A stretch of 64,000 nt of DNA from the human T2T-CHM13v2.0 reference genome, Homo sapiens. The position numbers and the translations under genes are program-made. The DNA is taken from NCBI RefSeq assembly GCF_009914755.1, contig NC_060938.1; one strand, 5' to 3'. The notes beneath the pieces are model-generated. The model ran no database searches. It saw only the letters and a program-made list of their open reading frames with translations, and was not told the DNA's origin. Below, one piece after another: positions 13,438-29,777 of the stretch. Each line of letters starts with the position of its first letter. Within the stretch, counting starts at the first letter, position 1.

Positions 13438-15137
13438 GTAAGGCGGGAGGGCCGGCATGCGGGGCCCGGGCGGGTGCGCGGGGCCGCCGGGATCAACTCC
13501 CGCTGAGGACCAGCGGGGGCGGGGGGTGGGCAGCGAGAGGCGGACTGGAAACCAGCCTGGGGAAACTGAGGCACACCTGGAGTGTGAGCCAGTGTTTTCG
13601 CCTTAAACTTAAGTGGCTGATTGGCTTGATTACTGAGGGGTTCGGGCTAGGGGGTGAGTGAGTGAGTGTGTGTGTCTGACAACTTAAAACAGCAACGGAA
13701 CGAACCCTTTGTTCGGTGTTCTGGCCCTCCGAGGTAAGGCGTTGGTGGCACCAACAAAGTGGCATCGCAAGAAGTAGCAGCCCCGGTGGCTCTGCCGAAG
13801 CCGGACTGTGTTGAGGGAGGTTGGATGCTGAGGTAGCAGCAGCTCTGCTGAAGCTGGACTGCTGCCAGCCATTACGTCACCAGGCAGAGCTGTTCCTCTG
13901 CTATTGTTGCTGCGTTTCTTTTATTAGAAGCTTATATTCCCTCCTGCATCTCCTTTCCTGTGGCTCGATAAGCCTCACATAAATTTCGTTCGATAGTTCC
14001 CCAGCAGGGTTGATGATCAATAACCAATGCTGAGGATCAGGATAAGGACCTCCATAAAGCCCTTAATGTTTGCCCCAGTTGCTTCGTGCTTTAGCGGTTT
14101 ATCCTACCTCCTATTAGCATAGTCTTTTTTGGAGCTAATTAAGAGAAAAAAATACTAGCTTAACCTGTGCCTATTGCAGAAACAAAACCACCAAACTGTT
14201 TTTGCAATAACTTGCTTAATATCTGGAACCTAATCACACCCCCTTTCTCTTTTATGGGGAATTGCTGGTTGGATTGCATTGTTCTGCAGCGCTTAGGTAT
14301 TTGACCCATTTCAAACAGGTTTGGGAGTGTAAGGTTGTCAATCATGTGTGTCAGCTTGTGGTATTTAAGCCATAATATTTTAAGACTTTCCCCCAAAAAA
14401 GTCCTCCTTCCCACCAAAAGAAAAGCTTGAGGAGGGGAGGAAGCAAGGTGACATCATATGCTTAATACAGACTAATATAGAATAATATTGGCCTATGCAG
14501 CTAATCCTCTCAAAGGCTTTTTTGGAGGTGATGGAATTAATGTAGTTCCAAGCAAAAGTAAAAAAAAAAAAATGACGTATATTAAGTGTTTATATTTCCT
14601 GCATAAACCAACTCTTTTCTCCTTTAATAGGAAGTAGAATGCATAATTTTATAATCAGTCATAATGTCAGCTATTTAGCACACTAAAAACAATAGTTGAA
14701 AACAACAAAACTAATTTAACTTTTATTATTTTCCTTCTCCATCCTTTGAAAGTCCAAACAATACAATGACAAAAACGCAAACCAGTAAGCGGAAATAAGA
14801 AGCATAGGTTATCACAAATCAAATGATGCCATAGTCGTGTCACTTATTTGAGGGTGTTCTAATCTAGTTGTCGTTTAAGCTGTTATAACACTTCTACCCT
14901 TTATACTTAAACTGATACATTGTAATCTTCCTGCCACCATTTCAGATAGTGCGTTAGTGACTTCTCAACGCTGAAGCTTTTACTCCAGGTTCAGATGTTT
15001 ACCTGAAAGTGACTAGCGATTTTTATGCCAGGGGCATCAGATGACTTGTTTTTTCCCTATATATTTTGATTTACAAAATAATATGAATGATTCACTGTAA
15101 AATAGTTGGTAGGCATTTCATAAAGTGGGTAAACACT

Positions 15138-15322
15138 CTTTTTACTTCTTGAGGTATAACATATACAATAAAGTCCACAATCTTAAATGCACACCTAGAT
15201 GAAATTTTATATCTGTATACACCCATGTTACCACCACCCAGATTAAGATATAAAGCATTTTCCGTGTCCCAGAAGTTTCCCTTTTTACCCTCTCCCAGTC
15301 AGTAGCTCCCCCAGGTAAGCAC
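15138..15322 (-). mobile_element. Old L1M (L1ME/MC-like) 3' fragment with perfect flanking 16-bp direct repeat
   Basis: L1M 3'UTR-like sequence; AAAGTGGGTAAACACT at 15122-15137 and 15323-15338. Confidence 0.7.
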
Positions 15323-18300
15323 AAAGTGGGTAAACACTATCCAAAAAAGGAGATATATTTAAGCTCAAAATTCTGAAGGTATGCTTATATAGCATAGAAT
15401 ACACGGAGTATCTAGATTGGGTCTTCAGACTTTGAGCTAATATTCCAAGCTAGTGAGGAAGAATTTAAAATCTGAAAGTCTTCCTGTTAAATGTTTGTGT
15501 AATATGCTTTTTTAAAAACGATAAAACTCTATTAACCTGAAAAATACAATTTGGAAAGAAGCTGGGATAAAGCTTTTTTCCTTTGTAATGCCTGCTAAAA
15601 AGAGTGTGAGTTGTTTGTCTATCCTTTCTTTTTATAATGAAATTAACAATTTTAGGACACAGTTGTACTTAAGAGAACAAATTGTCAATTTTTTGAAAGC
15701 CTGTTTGAAAGGAGATATCTTAACCAGAAATCATTTCTCTTTTCATTAGAGAAAATCTCCAGGAACCTGTATTTAAGAGAGTATTTTAGTTCAAATTTTT
15801 ATGTCAGTTCCAGATAACTGCAAGTATACTTCCCATTGATCATTCTGAATTAATGAAGTTTTTCCTAGTGAGTTCTTCATATTATAGCAAAGTGGTAGGG
15901 AAAGCCTATGTGGTGATAAATATAAGACTTAACTGATGTTTAATTTTTTTAACCAAAAGCCCCTATAACTTTTTTGAATAGTCGTGTGTCTTCATTACCA
16001 ACTCACTCTGTCTTTGCTGTATGCCGTATTAAATACCAATTCCATATTACTTTTCACTTGTTTAAAGCATTTGTTTTTTTCTGATTCTCACTAAGAGTAG
16101 CTTTAAGGACTTAGTTATAAAGAATCGTGGATCAGTATAAAAAGTAAAACAAACTCTACTACTTTGAATACATTTTGGTGGATATTCTAAAACTCATGTT
16201 TTTGAAAAGTTAAGAAATGCCTCAACCCCTTTTTTCTTTTTTTTTTTTTTCTTGGTGTCTATACTTGAATGGAATTGAGATGAGGGAAAGTAGCCCTTTC
16301 TTAAACAGTTAAGCTTCTCAGTGTCTCATACTTAACCTCCTGGAAGCCTATAGTTGAGAGAGAGGGGGAAAAAAAAAAGAAAAGCCACCTTGTACACTAA
16401 TCTAAAAACACATTTTGAACTTCTGGCAGGATCAGTAGGACAAGAGCTTTTCCAGAGAAGGGTTCACACTCCTGGAGTTTTACCGGAGAAGACTTCAATA
16501 TTTGAAACAGACTATCTGATAAAACTGATTCTATCTACCATTAGAACATATTGAAGGACTTAAAAGGAGAATTGACAGCATCACACAATATATCCATGTA
16601 AGAAACCTGCACATGAACCTCCTGAATCTAAATTTTTTTTTTTAATGAGAGTTGATGGTATACCATCTTGGAGTGTTGTGATGCATGCCAAAATCAATGA
16701 GTTCATCTTCAACATATTGAAGTTCTTACTTTCAATTTGGTCTTAGGAGTGCCAGTTGCTTAATCAGGATAAAGTACAGTGACTTAATTACAATGCCAAA
16801 ACAGATAGGAAAATTAAATTCAAAATCTTAACTCTTACATTTATGGATGCTATTATTGTCCCTACCAGTAGATATATTCTTATATTGGTAATACTTCAAA
16901 TAACATGCAAGTCAACTTACAGGTTCATTTGATTTTGTTCTGTTCTTTGATTTCCCACAAAAGTTGAAATCACATTTCTACCACCTAAAATAGAAATTCC
17001 TTGAGGATAAGAAGGAATATTTTACATATTTTTATCTCCAGCAACTAGAACAATGATGATTATATTATTGAATGACACTTTATAAAAAGGTCAAAATTTA
17101 GAAAATAGTTATCTAAAATATGGGGGTTAACTTTATTTTGATGAACATTTGAGGTAAATTATGTATTGTCTGGAATCTATTTTCTGCCTAAAAGATTTCA
17201 TACAATATAGAGTTTTGTTTAATGAAACTTTTTATATCATGGCAAATGGCCCATACTAATTAAGGCTTTGCTAATTTAGTTTCAACAAATTCTACAAAAT
17301 AGAAAAGTCTGTAAGATGAGTCTCATATCCTGAGTCAGTTACTGTTTACCAGAAATACTGGTTTAGTTCAATGTTTGACTTTTATCCATAACTGACTATA
17401 AACTGTTTTTGTCTGAATCTACTAAATTTTTTCACTATCTTGATCTTATTTCTCCTGAAATCATCTGTGAAGCCGAAGTTTCAGATACATACCTGTAACA
17501 AAAGACATGATTATAATGCCTTATATTTTATGAAATTGGTATTTTCAAAGCACTTTGTAACATTTGTCTTCACAACCCCCATGAAATAGAAAGAGATGTG
17601 ATTTGTCCAAAATTAAATGGCTAATATGTATCAGTTGTGATACTATTGTATAGCTCAGGTGCTATGAAGTCTTATCAAGTAATTTGTTTCTATACCATGA
17701 ACTTTCCTGGATACATCACTTCTTTAATAGTGCTTTTCTAACTTGCTTTCCCGTTTTTCACATGGTTTCAAACCTTTTCCACTGTCTAGCAAACTCTTTC
17801 TTCACCTTTCATCCACTGCATATGACTCTTGGTTTAAAGAAGTAGAAGCCAGGTCATCTGGCCTACCAGAGATTCAGAGAAATGCTGCAGAGAGTAGTCA
17901 GTCTTTTTCAGTGCATAATTGGGCTGGCAAGAAAAGGCCAGAAACTACCAAAAAAAAAAAAAAATGCAGAATGATAAAATATCACACAAATGTGTGTCTT
18001 GGGGGTAGGGCAGGAGTGGTTTTCAGCTGCCTCCTGTTAGCCTACTGCCCAGATTTTAATTTTGTGTGTTGAAGGTGTAGGGAGGTGTCGTTGCAGGCTG
18101 TGCCTTGCAGTGAGGTCTTATAAAAGACTTCATCCCCTCCAGCATAATGCCAGAATCCTTTAAGTGTACACCTTCAGTGGATCAGCTAGGAAAATAAGCA
18201 GGTCCTCAGAGCTAGATAGGGGGTACAAATTGGTAAATAAGTCTTCCCTGGGAATGCAAAATAAGCTCATTCTTGCACAAGTTTGAAGCCTAAATTCACA

Positions 18301-18941
18301 TCAGTTCTGTGATTGAGAGGAGCAGACTGGGGGGTTTCAGGAGATCTAACTTGAAAACATAAAGTTATCCTTGCTTGATACTAACCTCAAGGAGCTGTAA
18401 GAAGCAGATGCAAAGCATCTGTGGAAGAATGTACTTTAAACCCAGACTTCTGACAGATAAAATTCCAAAAAACATGGGTTCACAATAAAAAATCACACTG
18501 GGGAATTGCAGATGTCAGAATTATTAAATACATAGTACACAATAATTAATCATTTATGAATTAAACACTGTTGAAATACAAAAAATTGGCACATTTGGAA
18601 ATCATTTTTTAATGAAAAAATTAAAAACTGAAATGGATGGTTAAACAGATTAAACACAGTTAAAAAGAAATAAGTGAACTAGAAGATCTTAGGAAAAAAA
18701 ATCACTCGGGATATAGCCCAGAGAAATAAAAGATGGAAGATACAACCAATGGGTGAAGAGAGAATGAGGATATAATGAGCAGGTCCAACATATGTGTAAT
18801 TGGAATTATAGAGAAATTATTCAAAGGGAAAATAAGAGTTTACGCAAATTTATTAAAGACATCCAAGTTTCAGATCCAGAAAGCCCAACAAATCCAAGGT
18901 GGGCTTTGTGAAAACATATTTAAAGTACACTTGAAAACACT

Positions 18942-19247
<306 letters not shown>

Positions 19248-19724
19248 TCAAAATCAATGTGATAAAAGCCATATGTGTAGTGTAAAGCAGAAAATCATAT
19301 GATCATCTCAATAGATGCAGAAAGAAGAATTTGACAAAATTCAACCATAGATGATTTTTTAAAATTAACTTTTAGTAAATGAGGGAAAAGGGGGAATTTT
19401 TTCAGTCTAATAAAAAGCATCTTCAAAAAGCCTATAGCTGATATTATACTTAAATATTGGCAGCATATTACCTAGGAGAAGAACAAAGTACTTCACAACA
19501 TTGTGCTGGAAGTCTTAGCCATTGCAATAGGCAAGGGAAAGAAAAAGGTTCGAAAATTAGAAAAACAGAAGTAAAATTGTCTCTATTTGTAGGTGACACA
19601 ATTTCTTAGGTCAAAAATCCTAATCTACAGATAGCTACAGGAAGTAATATTTAAGCTTATAGGATATAACTTTTTATATACTAGCAGAAAACAATTAGAA
19701 AAATGAAATATAAAAATTCCACTT

Positions 19725-20112
<388 letters not shown>

Positions 20113-21164
20113 TTAAAGAGGCCTCAGTGAGTGGAAAAATATACCCTGAAAAGCTCATTGCTTTTAAGGTGTTATTTCTCCCTTAATTTGACCTATAAAT
20201 TCAATGCAATTCCTATTAAAATTTTTGCAGGATATTTTGGTAGCTGTTGCCAAGATGGTTTTAAAATATGCGTGGACATACGAGGGACTTAGTGTAGCTG
20301 AAACAATTTTGTAAAAGAAGGACGAAGTTGAAGGATCGCACTACTTGAAGAGTAACTGTAAAGCTACAGTAATCAAGAGAGTGTAATGCTGGGGAAAAGA
20401 TAGACATATAGATCAGTGGAGCAGGATAGAGAATCCAGAATTAGACCCACATATATATAGTCAACTGATTTTTTTCCCCAAAAGTGCCAAGGTAATTTAG
20501 TGGGGAAAAGTTTTGTCAACTAATAATTCCAAAATAATTGAATATTCGTATGGGAAAAATGAACATTGATTGTTACCTCACACCGTAGAATGTACTTGAC
20601 ATAGATCATAGACCTAACTGTAAAAGCTAAAATTTGTAGAAGACAGAAGATGTTTTCTTGGAGGAGGCAAAGGTTTTGCAGTAAACAAAAAGGCATGAAC
20701 CAAAATTGACAAATGAGACTTTATCAAAATTTAAAACTTTTGTTTTTTGCAAGACAAATAAGAGGCAAGCCACAGACTGGGAGGAAATATTTGCAGCACA
20801 TGTATCTGGCAAAGTACGTTTATCCAAAACATAAAGAACTTATAACTCAATAAGAAAATCCAGTAAAAATGAACAAAGGATTTGAACAGATACTTCACAA
20901 AAAAGATATATGCATAGCCAAGAAACACAAGAAGAGATGCTCAAGGTTATTAGGAAAACAAAAATTACACTCACGTTGAACTACCACTAGACATTGATTA
21001 GCAGGACTAAAATTTAAAAGACTAACCATACCAACTATTGGCCAAAATGTGGATTAATTGGAACTCCTACACTGATGATAGGAATGTGAAGTTTTACAAC
21101 CACTTTGGAAAACAGTTTAGCAGTTGTTAAACATAAGCCTGTCATAAAATCTAGCTGTTACAGA

Positions 21165-21290
21165 AGCCAGGCGTGGTGGCACAGGCCTATGGTCCCAGCT
21201 ACTCAGGAAACTGAGGCAGGAGGATCACTTGAGCCCAGCAGCTCAAGACCAGCCTGGGCAGCATAGCAAGACCCTGTCTCAAAACAAAAC
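21165..21290 (+). mobile_element. Alu monomer (FLAM-like)
   Basis: Single Alu arm. Confidence 0.8.
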
Positions 21291-21876
21291 TTATAGAGAA
21301 AAATCTAGCCATTATAGATATTTACCCAAGAGAAATGAAAGCATATGTTCCTATAAAAACTTGAACATGGATGTACATAATAGCTTTATTCACAAAAACT
21401 CCACTGAAATTAACCCAGATGTTCATCAGAAATGAATGAATGAACAAAATATACCAATACAAAGGAATACCACTCAGTAGTAAAAGCAAAGGAACAAACT
21501 ACTGACACAACAACGTGGATTAATCTCAAAATCAGTATGCTGAATGAAGGAAGCCAGGGAAAGATGAGCTCACACTGTATCATTTCATTTATATTAAATT
21601 TTAGAAAGTGCAAACCTATGGTCACAAAAAGCAGATCACTAGTTTCCTAGGGTCTGGAGCAGAAGGGAGGACTTACAAAAAGAGGGCAGGGTGAAATTTA
21701 GTGGGTGGGGAGATACTCTGTATTTGATTGTGATAGTTTCAAAGGTTGTACAGCTTTCTCAAAACTCAGAATTGTACACCTTAAATGCATGCAGTGTATT
21801 GTATATAAATTATATTTCAATGAAGTTGATTTTAAAAATTTCAGGGCTTTGCAATTTACTCCAAGAATAAAAGCTG

Positions 21877-22050
21877 AAGCAGGGAAGAAATGTACAACCT
21901 GCAGCTCCATCATCTAATTTATGTTAGAAAGCTAATCATCTAATTTATGTTAGAAAAAGAACAGGATAAATCCAAAGGAGATGAATCTTAAGAGTAATAA
22001 AATAGAAAAAACAAAGCAGGGAAGAAATGTACAACATGCAGCTCCATCAT
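21877..22050 (+). repeat. Complex local duplication / templated insertion
   Basis: 37-bp direct repeat (21877-21913, 22014-22050) bracketing copies of 22656-22677 and 22650-22737. Confidence 0.92.
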
Positions 22051-22314
22051 TTATCAGCTCTATGTAACTTGGTTAAGTTAGTTGGGTAAATTACTTACCT
22101 TTTCTGTGCCTATTTTCCTTCTTATAAAAATTAGAATAATAATACCTGCCTCATAGAATTACTGTGAAAATTATATACTTCATATAAAATGTTTGGGACA
22201 TGGTAGTACTATTGATTGTTGGCTATTATTAAATTTTAAATAACTGGGATTTCATAGTCTACATTCTCACACTCCTAAAACAAGCCAGAATTCAGTAACA
22301 AAAATAACTTGTAA

Positions 22315-22455
22315 AGCTGAGCATGGTGGCACGTGTCTGTAGTCTCAGCTACTCAGGAGGCTGAGGCAGGAGGATCACTTGAGCCCAGGAGATTGAGTCC
22401 AGGCCTAGGCAATGTATCGAGACCCTGTCTCTTAAAAAACAGCAAACAAAAAACA
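22315..22455 (+). mobile_element. Alu monomer (FLAM-like)
   Basis: Single Alu arm. Confidence 0.8.
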
Positions 22456-22799
22456 ACTATTAAAGGTTCATTTAGAAATGTTTAAAACAGTTATGAACAA
22501 CATGGGTAAAGGAAGAAATTCCAATGGCATTTAAGAATACTATATGATAATAAAAATACTATATATCAGAACTTGAATTATGCAGCTAGGTTAGCATGTA
22601 GAACTAAATTTACAACCTGGAATATTTACATTAGAAGAAAACATTTAATAAGCTAATCATCTAATTTATGTTAGAAAAATAACAGGATAAATCCAAAGGA
22701 GATGAATCTTAAGAGTAGTAAAATAGAAAAAACAAAGAGGTTTGATAAAGCCAAAAGCTACCTAATACCTTTCTTCATAATCAAACTTCTTTCAGAGGT

Positions 22800-24650
<1,851 letters not shown>

Positions 24651-26642
24651 CGTTCTTGTTCACCATATCCCAAATAGCATAGTGAGGAGGAATCCCTGAA
24701 TATATAATTTCACAGCAGAATTTGGTCTACCCTTTTCTTCCTTCTCTTTTCCCACTTATCTACCTCCTCCCTTCAAAAAAAAAATGCTTGCTTTAAAACA
24801 AAAGTCCCAAAATCAGATGCCTAGAGGGACCTGAATGCTACAACCTCGGAGAGAGAATAGGGGAGTGTTGGTGTTTGTGGTGAATCGGAAAGCACGTGTT
24901 TAAAGAGGACAATCACATTAATTCAGTTCCAGCTATGAGATTACATTGTCAAATCATCTGATTTTTCAAGAGAAATCACAAATTTGAATTTCTTAAAATG
25001 AGAAATCTACTTTTTAAATAATGACGGGATTTTCAAGTATGTTAAAAATACTGTAGGCTAATACCGAATAAGCTAAGCAAAACTTTTGTGGATCAAACCG
25101 AAACCATGGGCTATTTTCTTCTCCTCCTCTTCCTCCTCCTTCTCATAGGAATAAAACAACTAAATATAATCCTGTCTTTATAATTTCCATATACCAAGCT
25201 TTAATTATATTTAATACCCATCAAAGTTAGTTAAAATGAACTCTGAGTAATTTATACCTTATGGAAAAATTACGGTGTTCTAAGTCTGACCAAATGTGTA
25301 GAAAGTACCATATTATCTTTGGATATGCCATCTATGTCTGCTTTGCCCCACTATACTACATATTGCTTTAGATCAGCCACTATTTTACATTTATTTCAAA
25401 AGAAATTTTGCATACCCTTCAACACCTAGCACTGTTATATATGTGGTCAGTGCTTAATGACTTGGAGTAAATTAGTGGTAAAGTAAGGGAATTTAAAAGT
25501 AGCATTTTCTTCTTTCCACCTCCACAAACAAAATCAGAATCTAACTTCATGGAACATTTCATCTAATTTGTTTTAAATAAAGACAAACTTCTAAAAATTA
25601 AGTGTCCTTGTAATCTTATTATTTTAACTTTGGTAAAGGGGTATGTTTAAGATAGTACATCATGAATGGCCCTGAACAAGGAATCTGGGAACCAGAATTC
25701 TAGTCCAAATTCTGCTTTATATGAATAATTGATATTTGCAAATCATTATTTTTCTGGGCCAGTTGTATAATTTGTAAAGTGGTTAGTCTCAGTGATATCT
25801 AAGATACCTTGAATTCTAGTATGCTGATACTAATAAAGCAATGCAGAATTTGAGAATTTTTGCTTAAACTCCTTAGTACCTAGTTCTGTGATCTAATACA
25901 GTATCTCAATTCTGTCTCTGAGATATAGATGCCAGTTAAACAGAGTTATACATAACACGTTAAAACTGATCAAAATTTATTTAGGACCCAGGGATCATCA
26001 TCCTTCTAGAATAATATTTCAAATTTGTACCTTCTCTTTTCTTACAAAAACTCAATTACAGCTACCATTTTCATTAGCATATTAATCACACTCTACAATT
26101 TGTTTTTCCAGCCTCAGTCTTCTCAGAGTATAAAAAAGCTTAAATATTTTCTTAAAAATTTGTACTCTCCTCAGCTACTATGTAGGATCCAGTCATTTGA
26201 GCTGGTTTGAGGTGGTGTAGTGTATACTCTAAGGAGAATATAAACTTTTATCCCTTTATAGCCCTATTTTAGGTTGTTTCATTGGTCAGGAGCCCCTTGT
26301 ATTTTTTCTCTCTCCAAGAGCTTTTGTGGAAGAGAAAGTTCAATGTGAGGGCTGAGGCTGTTAAGTGCCCAATTGGCATTTTTTTAAAAAATCTATTCTG
26401 AAAAGAATGGGACATTAAACAGCAGGACTGACAGCAGTAACTTAAGTCAGAATAGAGCATATATACTTGGCAGTAGCAGGAAATCCTTTTGCCCAAAGTA
26501 GAAAAAGTGATATGATTACCTGCTAGGAGCATTATACATACGTTTTTAGACATGAATTAACAGGCTAGAATCAGTCATGGTTAAAGGCACCTACATTTTT
26601 AAATGGATGGTAGATTTTCCAGGTTTTGTAAACTGGATGTTA

Positions 26643-26994
<352 letters not shown>

Positions 26995-27381
26995 TTAAGA
27001 ACTTGGGCACTGGAGTCCCATTCCTTGGACCCTTGCTAAGTGACCTTAAGTGCGTAACTTCTCTGTATCATAGTTTCTCCATCTGTACCTACCTCATGGG
27101 GTTGTGAAGTTAAATAGAATAATACTTTAAATAGCAGAACATAATAAGACTCAAATGGTAGCTATTATTATTTTAGAAAAAAAGAAAAGAGCATCTCTAA
27201 AATTAAGATTTTCCTCTGCCACCTTTCTTACATATAAACTTTAGACAATATGATAAACACTTTTTCTAATTTATGGTAATATTTGAGATACCTTTATTTC
27301 TTTACTGTATGATTAAGATAGGTTTGTAGGTATTCTCACCTTTTAGGTCATGGATTTGTCCTAAACCACATTAGAAATTAG

Positions 27382-27798
<417 letters not shown>

Positions 27799-29686
27799 GA
27801 GATTGTTCTTAAGAAATCCAGATTAACTACCTGGTGGCTGGCAAGATGGCCAAATAGGAACAGCTCCAGTCTGCAGCTCCCAGGGAGATCCCAGGGAGAT
27901 CAGCGCAGAAGGTGGGTGATTTCTGCATTTCCAACTGAGGTACCTGGCTCATCTCATTGGGACTGGTTAGACAGTGGGTGCAGCCCATGGAGGGTGAGCA
28001 GAAGCAGGGTGGGGCGTCACCTCACCCGGGAAGCCCAAGGGGTCAGGGAGCTCCCTCCCCTAGTCAAGGAAAGCCATGAGGGACTCTGCCTTGAAAAATG
28101 GTGCATTCCAGCTCAGATACTATGCTTTTTCCACGGTCTTCCCAACCTGCAAACCAGGAGATTCCCTTGGGTGCCAACACCACCAGGGCCCTGGGTTTCA
28201 AGCACAAAACTGGTTGGCTGTTTGGGTGGACACTGAGCTAACTGCAGGAGTTTTTTTTTCATACCCCGGTGGCACCTGGAACACCAGCGAAACAACCGTT
28301 CACTCCCCTGGAAAGGGGGCTGAAGCCAGGGAGCCAAGTGGTGTAGCTCAGTGGATCCCACTCCCATGGAGCCCAGCAAGCTAAGATCCACTAACTTGAA
28401 ATTCTTGCTACCAGCACAGCGAGACCTGAGACACTGGAGCTTGGTGGGGGGAGGGGGCATCCGCAATTACTGTGTAGAGTAGGCGATTTTCCCCTCAGGG
28501 TGTAAACAAAGCCACCTGGAAGTTAGAACTGGGCGGAGCCAACCGCAGCTCAGCAAAGCCAATGTAGCCAGACTGCCTCTGTAGATTTCTCCTCTCTGAG
28601 CAGGGCATCTCTGAAAGAAAGGCAGCAGCCCCAGTCAGGGGCTTATAGAGAAAACTCCCATATCCCTGGGACAGGGCACCTGGGGGAAGGGGCGGCTGTG
28701 GGCACAGCTTCAGCAGACTTAAACATTACTGCCTGCCGGCTCTTAAGAGAGCAGCGGATCTCCCAACACAGCGCTTGAGCTCTGCTAAGGGACAGACTGC
28801 CTCCTCAATTGGGTCCCTGACCACTTTGCCTCCTGACTGGGAGATACCTCCCAGCAAGGGGCGACAGACACCTTATGCAACAGGAGAGCTCCGGCTGGCA
28901 TCTGATGGGTGCCCGTCTGGGACGAAGCTTCCAGAGGAAGGTACAGACAGCAATCTTTGCTGTTTGGCAGCCTCCGCTGGTGATACCCAGGCAAACAGGG
29001 TCTGGAGAGGACCTCCAGCAGACCTGCACCGGAGGGGCCTGACTGTTAGAAGGAAAACTAACAAACAGAAAGGAATGGCATCAACATCAACAAAAAAGGA
29101 CATCCATGCAAAAACCCCATCTGAAGAGCACTGGCGTCAAAGACCAAAGGTAGGTAAATCCATGAAGATGAGGAAAAACCAGTGCAGAAAGGCTGAAAAT
29201 TCCAAAAAAAAAAAATGCATCTACTCCTCCAAAGGATCACAACTCCTCACCAGCAAGGGAACAAAACTGGATGGAGAATGAGTTTGACAAATTGACAGAA
29301 GTAGGCTTCAGAAGGTGGATAATAACGAACTCCTCCAAGCTAAAGGAGCATGTTCTAACCCAATGCAAGGAAGCTAAGAACCTTGAAAAAAGGTTAGAGG
29401 AATTGCTAGCCAGAATAACCAGTTTAGAGAAGAACATAAATGACCTGATGGAGCTGAAAAACAGCATGAGAACTTCGTGAAGCATACACAAGTATCAATA
29501 GTCAAATCTATCAAGCAGAAGAAAGGATATCAGAGATTGAAGATCAACTTAATGAAATAAAGCGTGAAGACAAGATTAGAGAAAAAAGAATGAAAAGGAA
29601 TGAACAAAGCCTCCAAGAAATATGGGACTATGTGAAAAAGACCAAACTTATGTTTGATTGGTGTGCCTGAAAGTGAAGGGGAGAAT

Positions 29687-29777
29687 GAAAACACTCTTCA
29701 GGATATTATCCTGAAGTGGGAAAACACTCTTTAGGATATTATCCTGAAGTGGGAAAACACTCTTCAGGATATTATCC
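29687..29777 (+). repeat. 33-bp tandem repeat (about 2.7 copies) inside L1 ORF1
   Basis: GAAAACACTCTTCAGGATATTATCCTGAAGTGG units starting at 29687, 29720 and 29753. Confidence 0.9.

Larger units (their letters stand above)
11900..13810. promoter_or_regulatory. CpG island / bidirectional promoter of TXNDC16 and GPR137C
   Basis: High GC and CpG density; CCAAT at 12432, 12519, 12577 and 12663; GC boxes near 12449, 12500 and 12547; no TATA box seen. Confidence 0.93.

Noticed and set aside
11867-13872. Overlapping GC-rich ORFs on both strands
   Set aside because: Expected from stop-codon depletion in a CpG island; no recognisable homology
21877-22737. 37-bp direct repeats as a CRISPR-like array
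   Set aside because: Only two copies, eukaryotic context, and the spacer is copied from adjacent DNA; explained as a templated insertion
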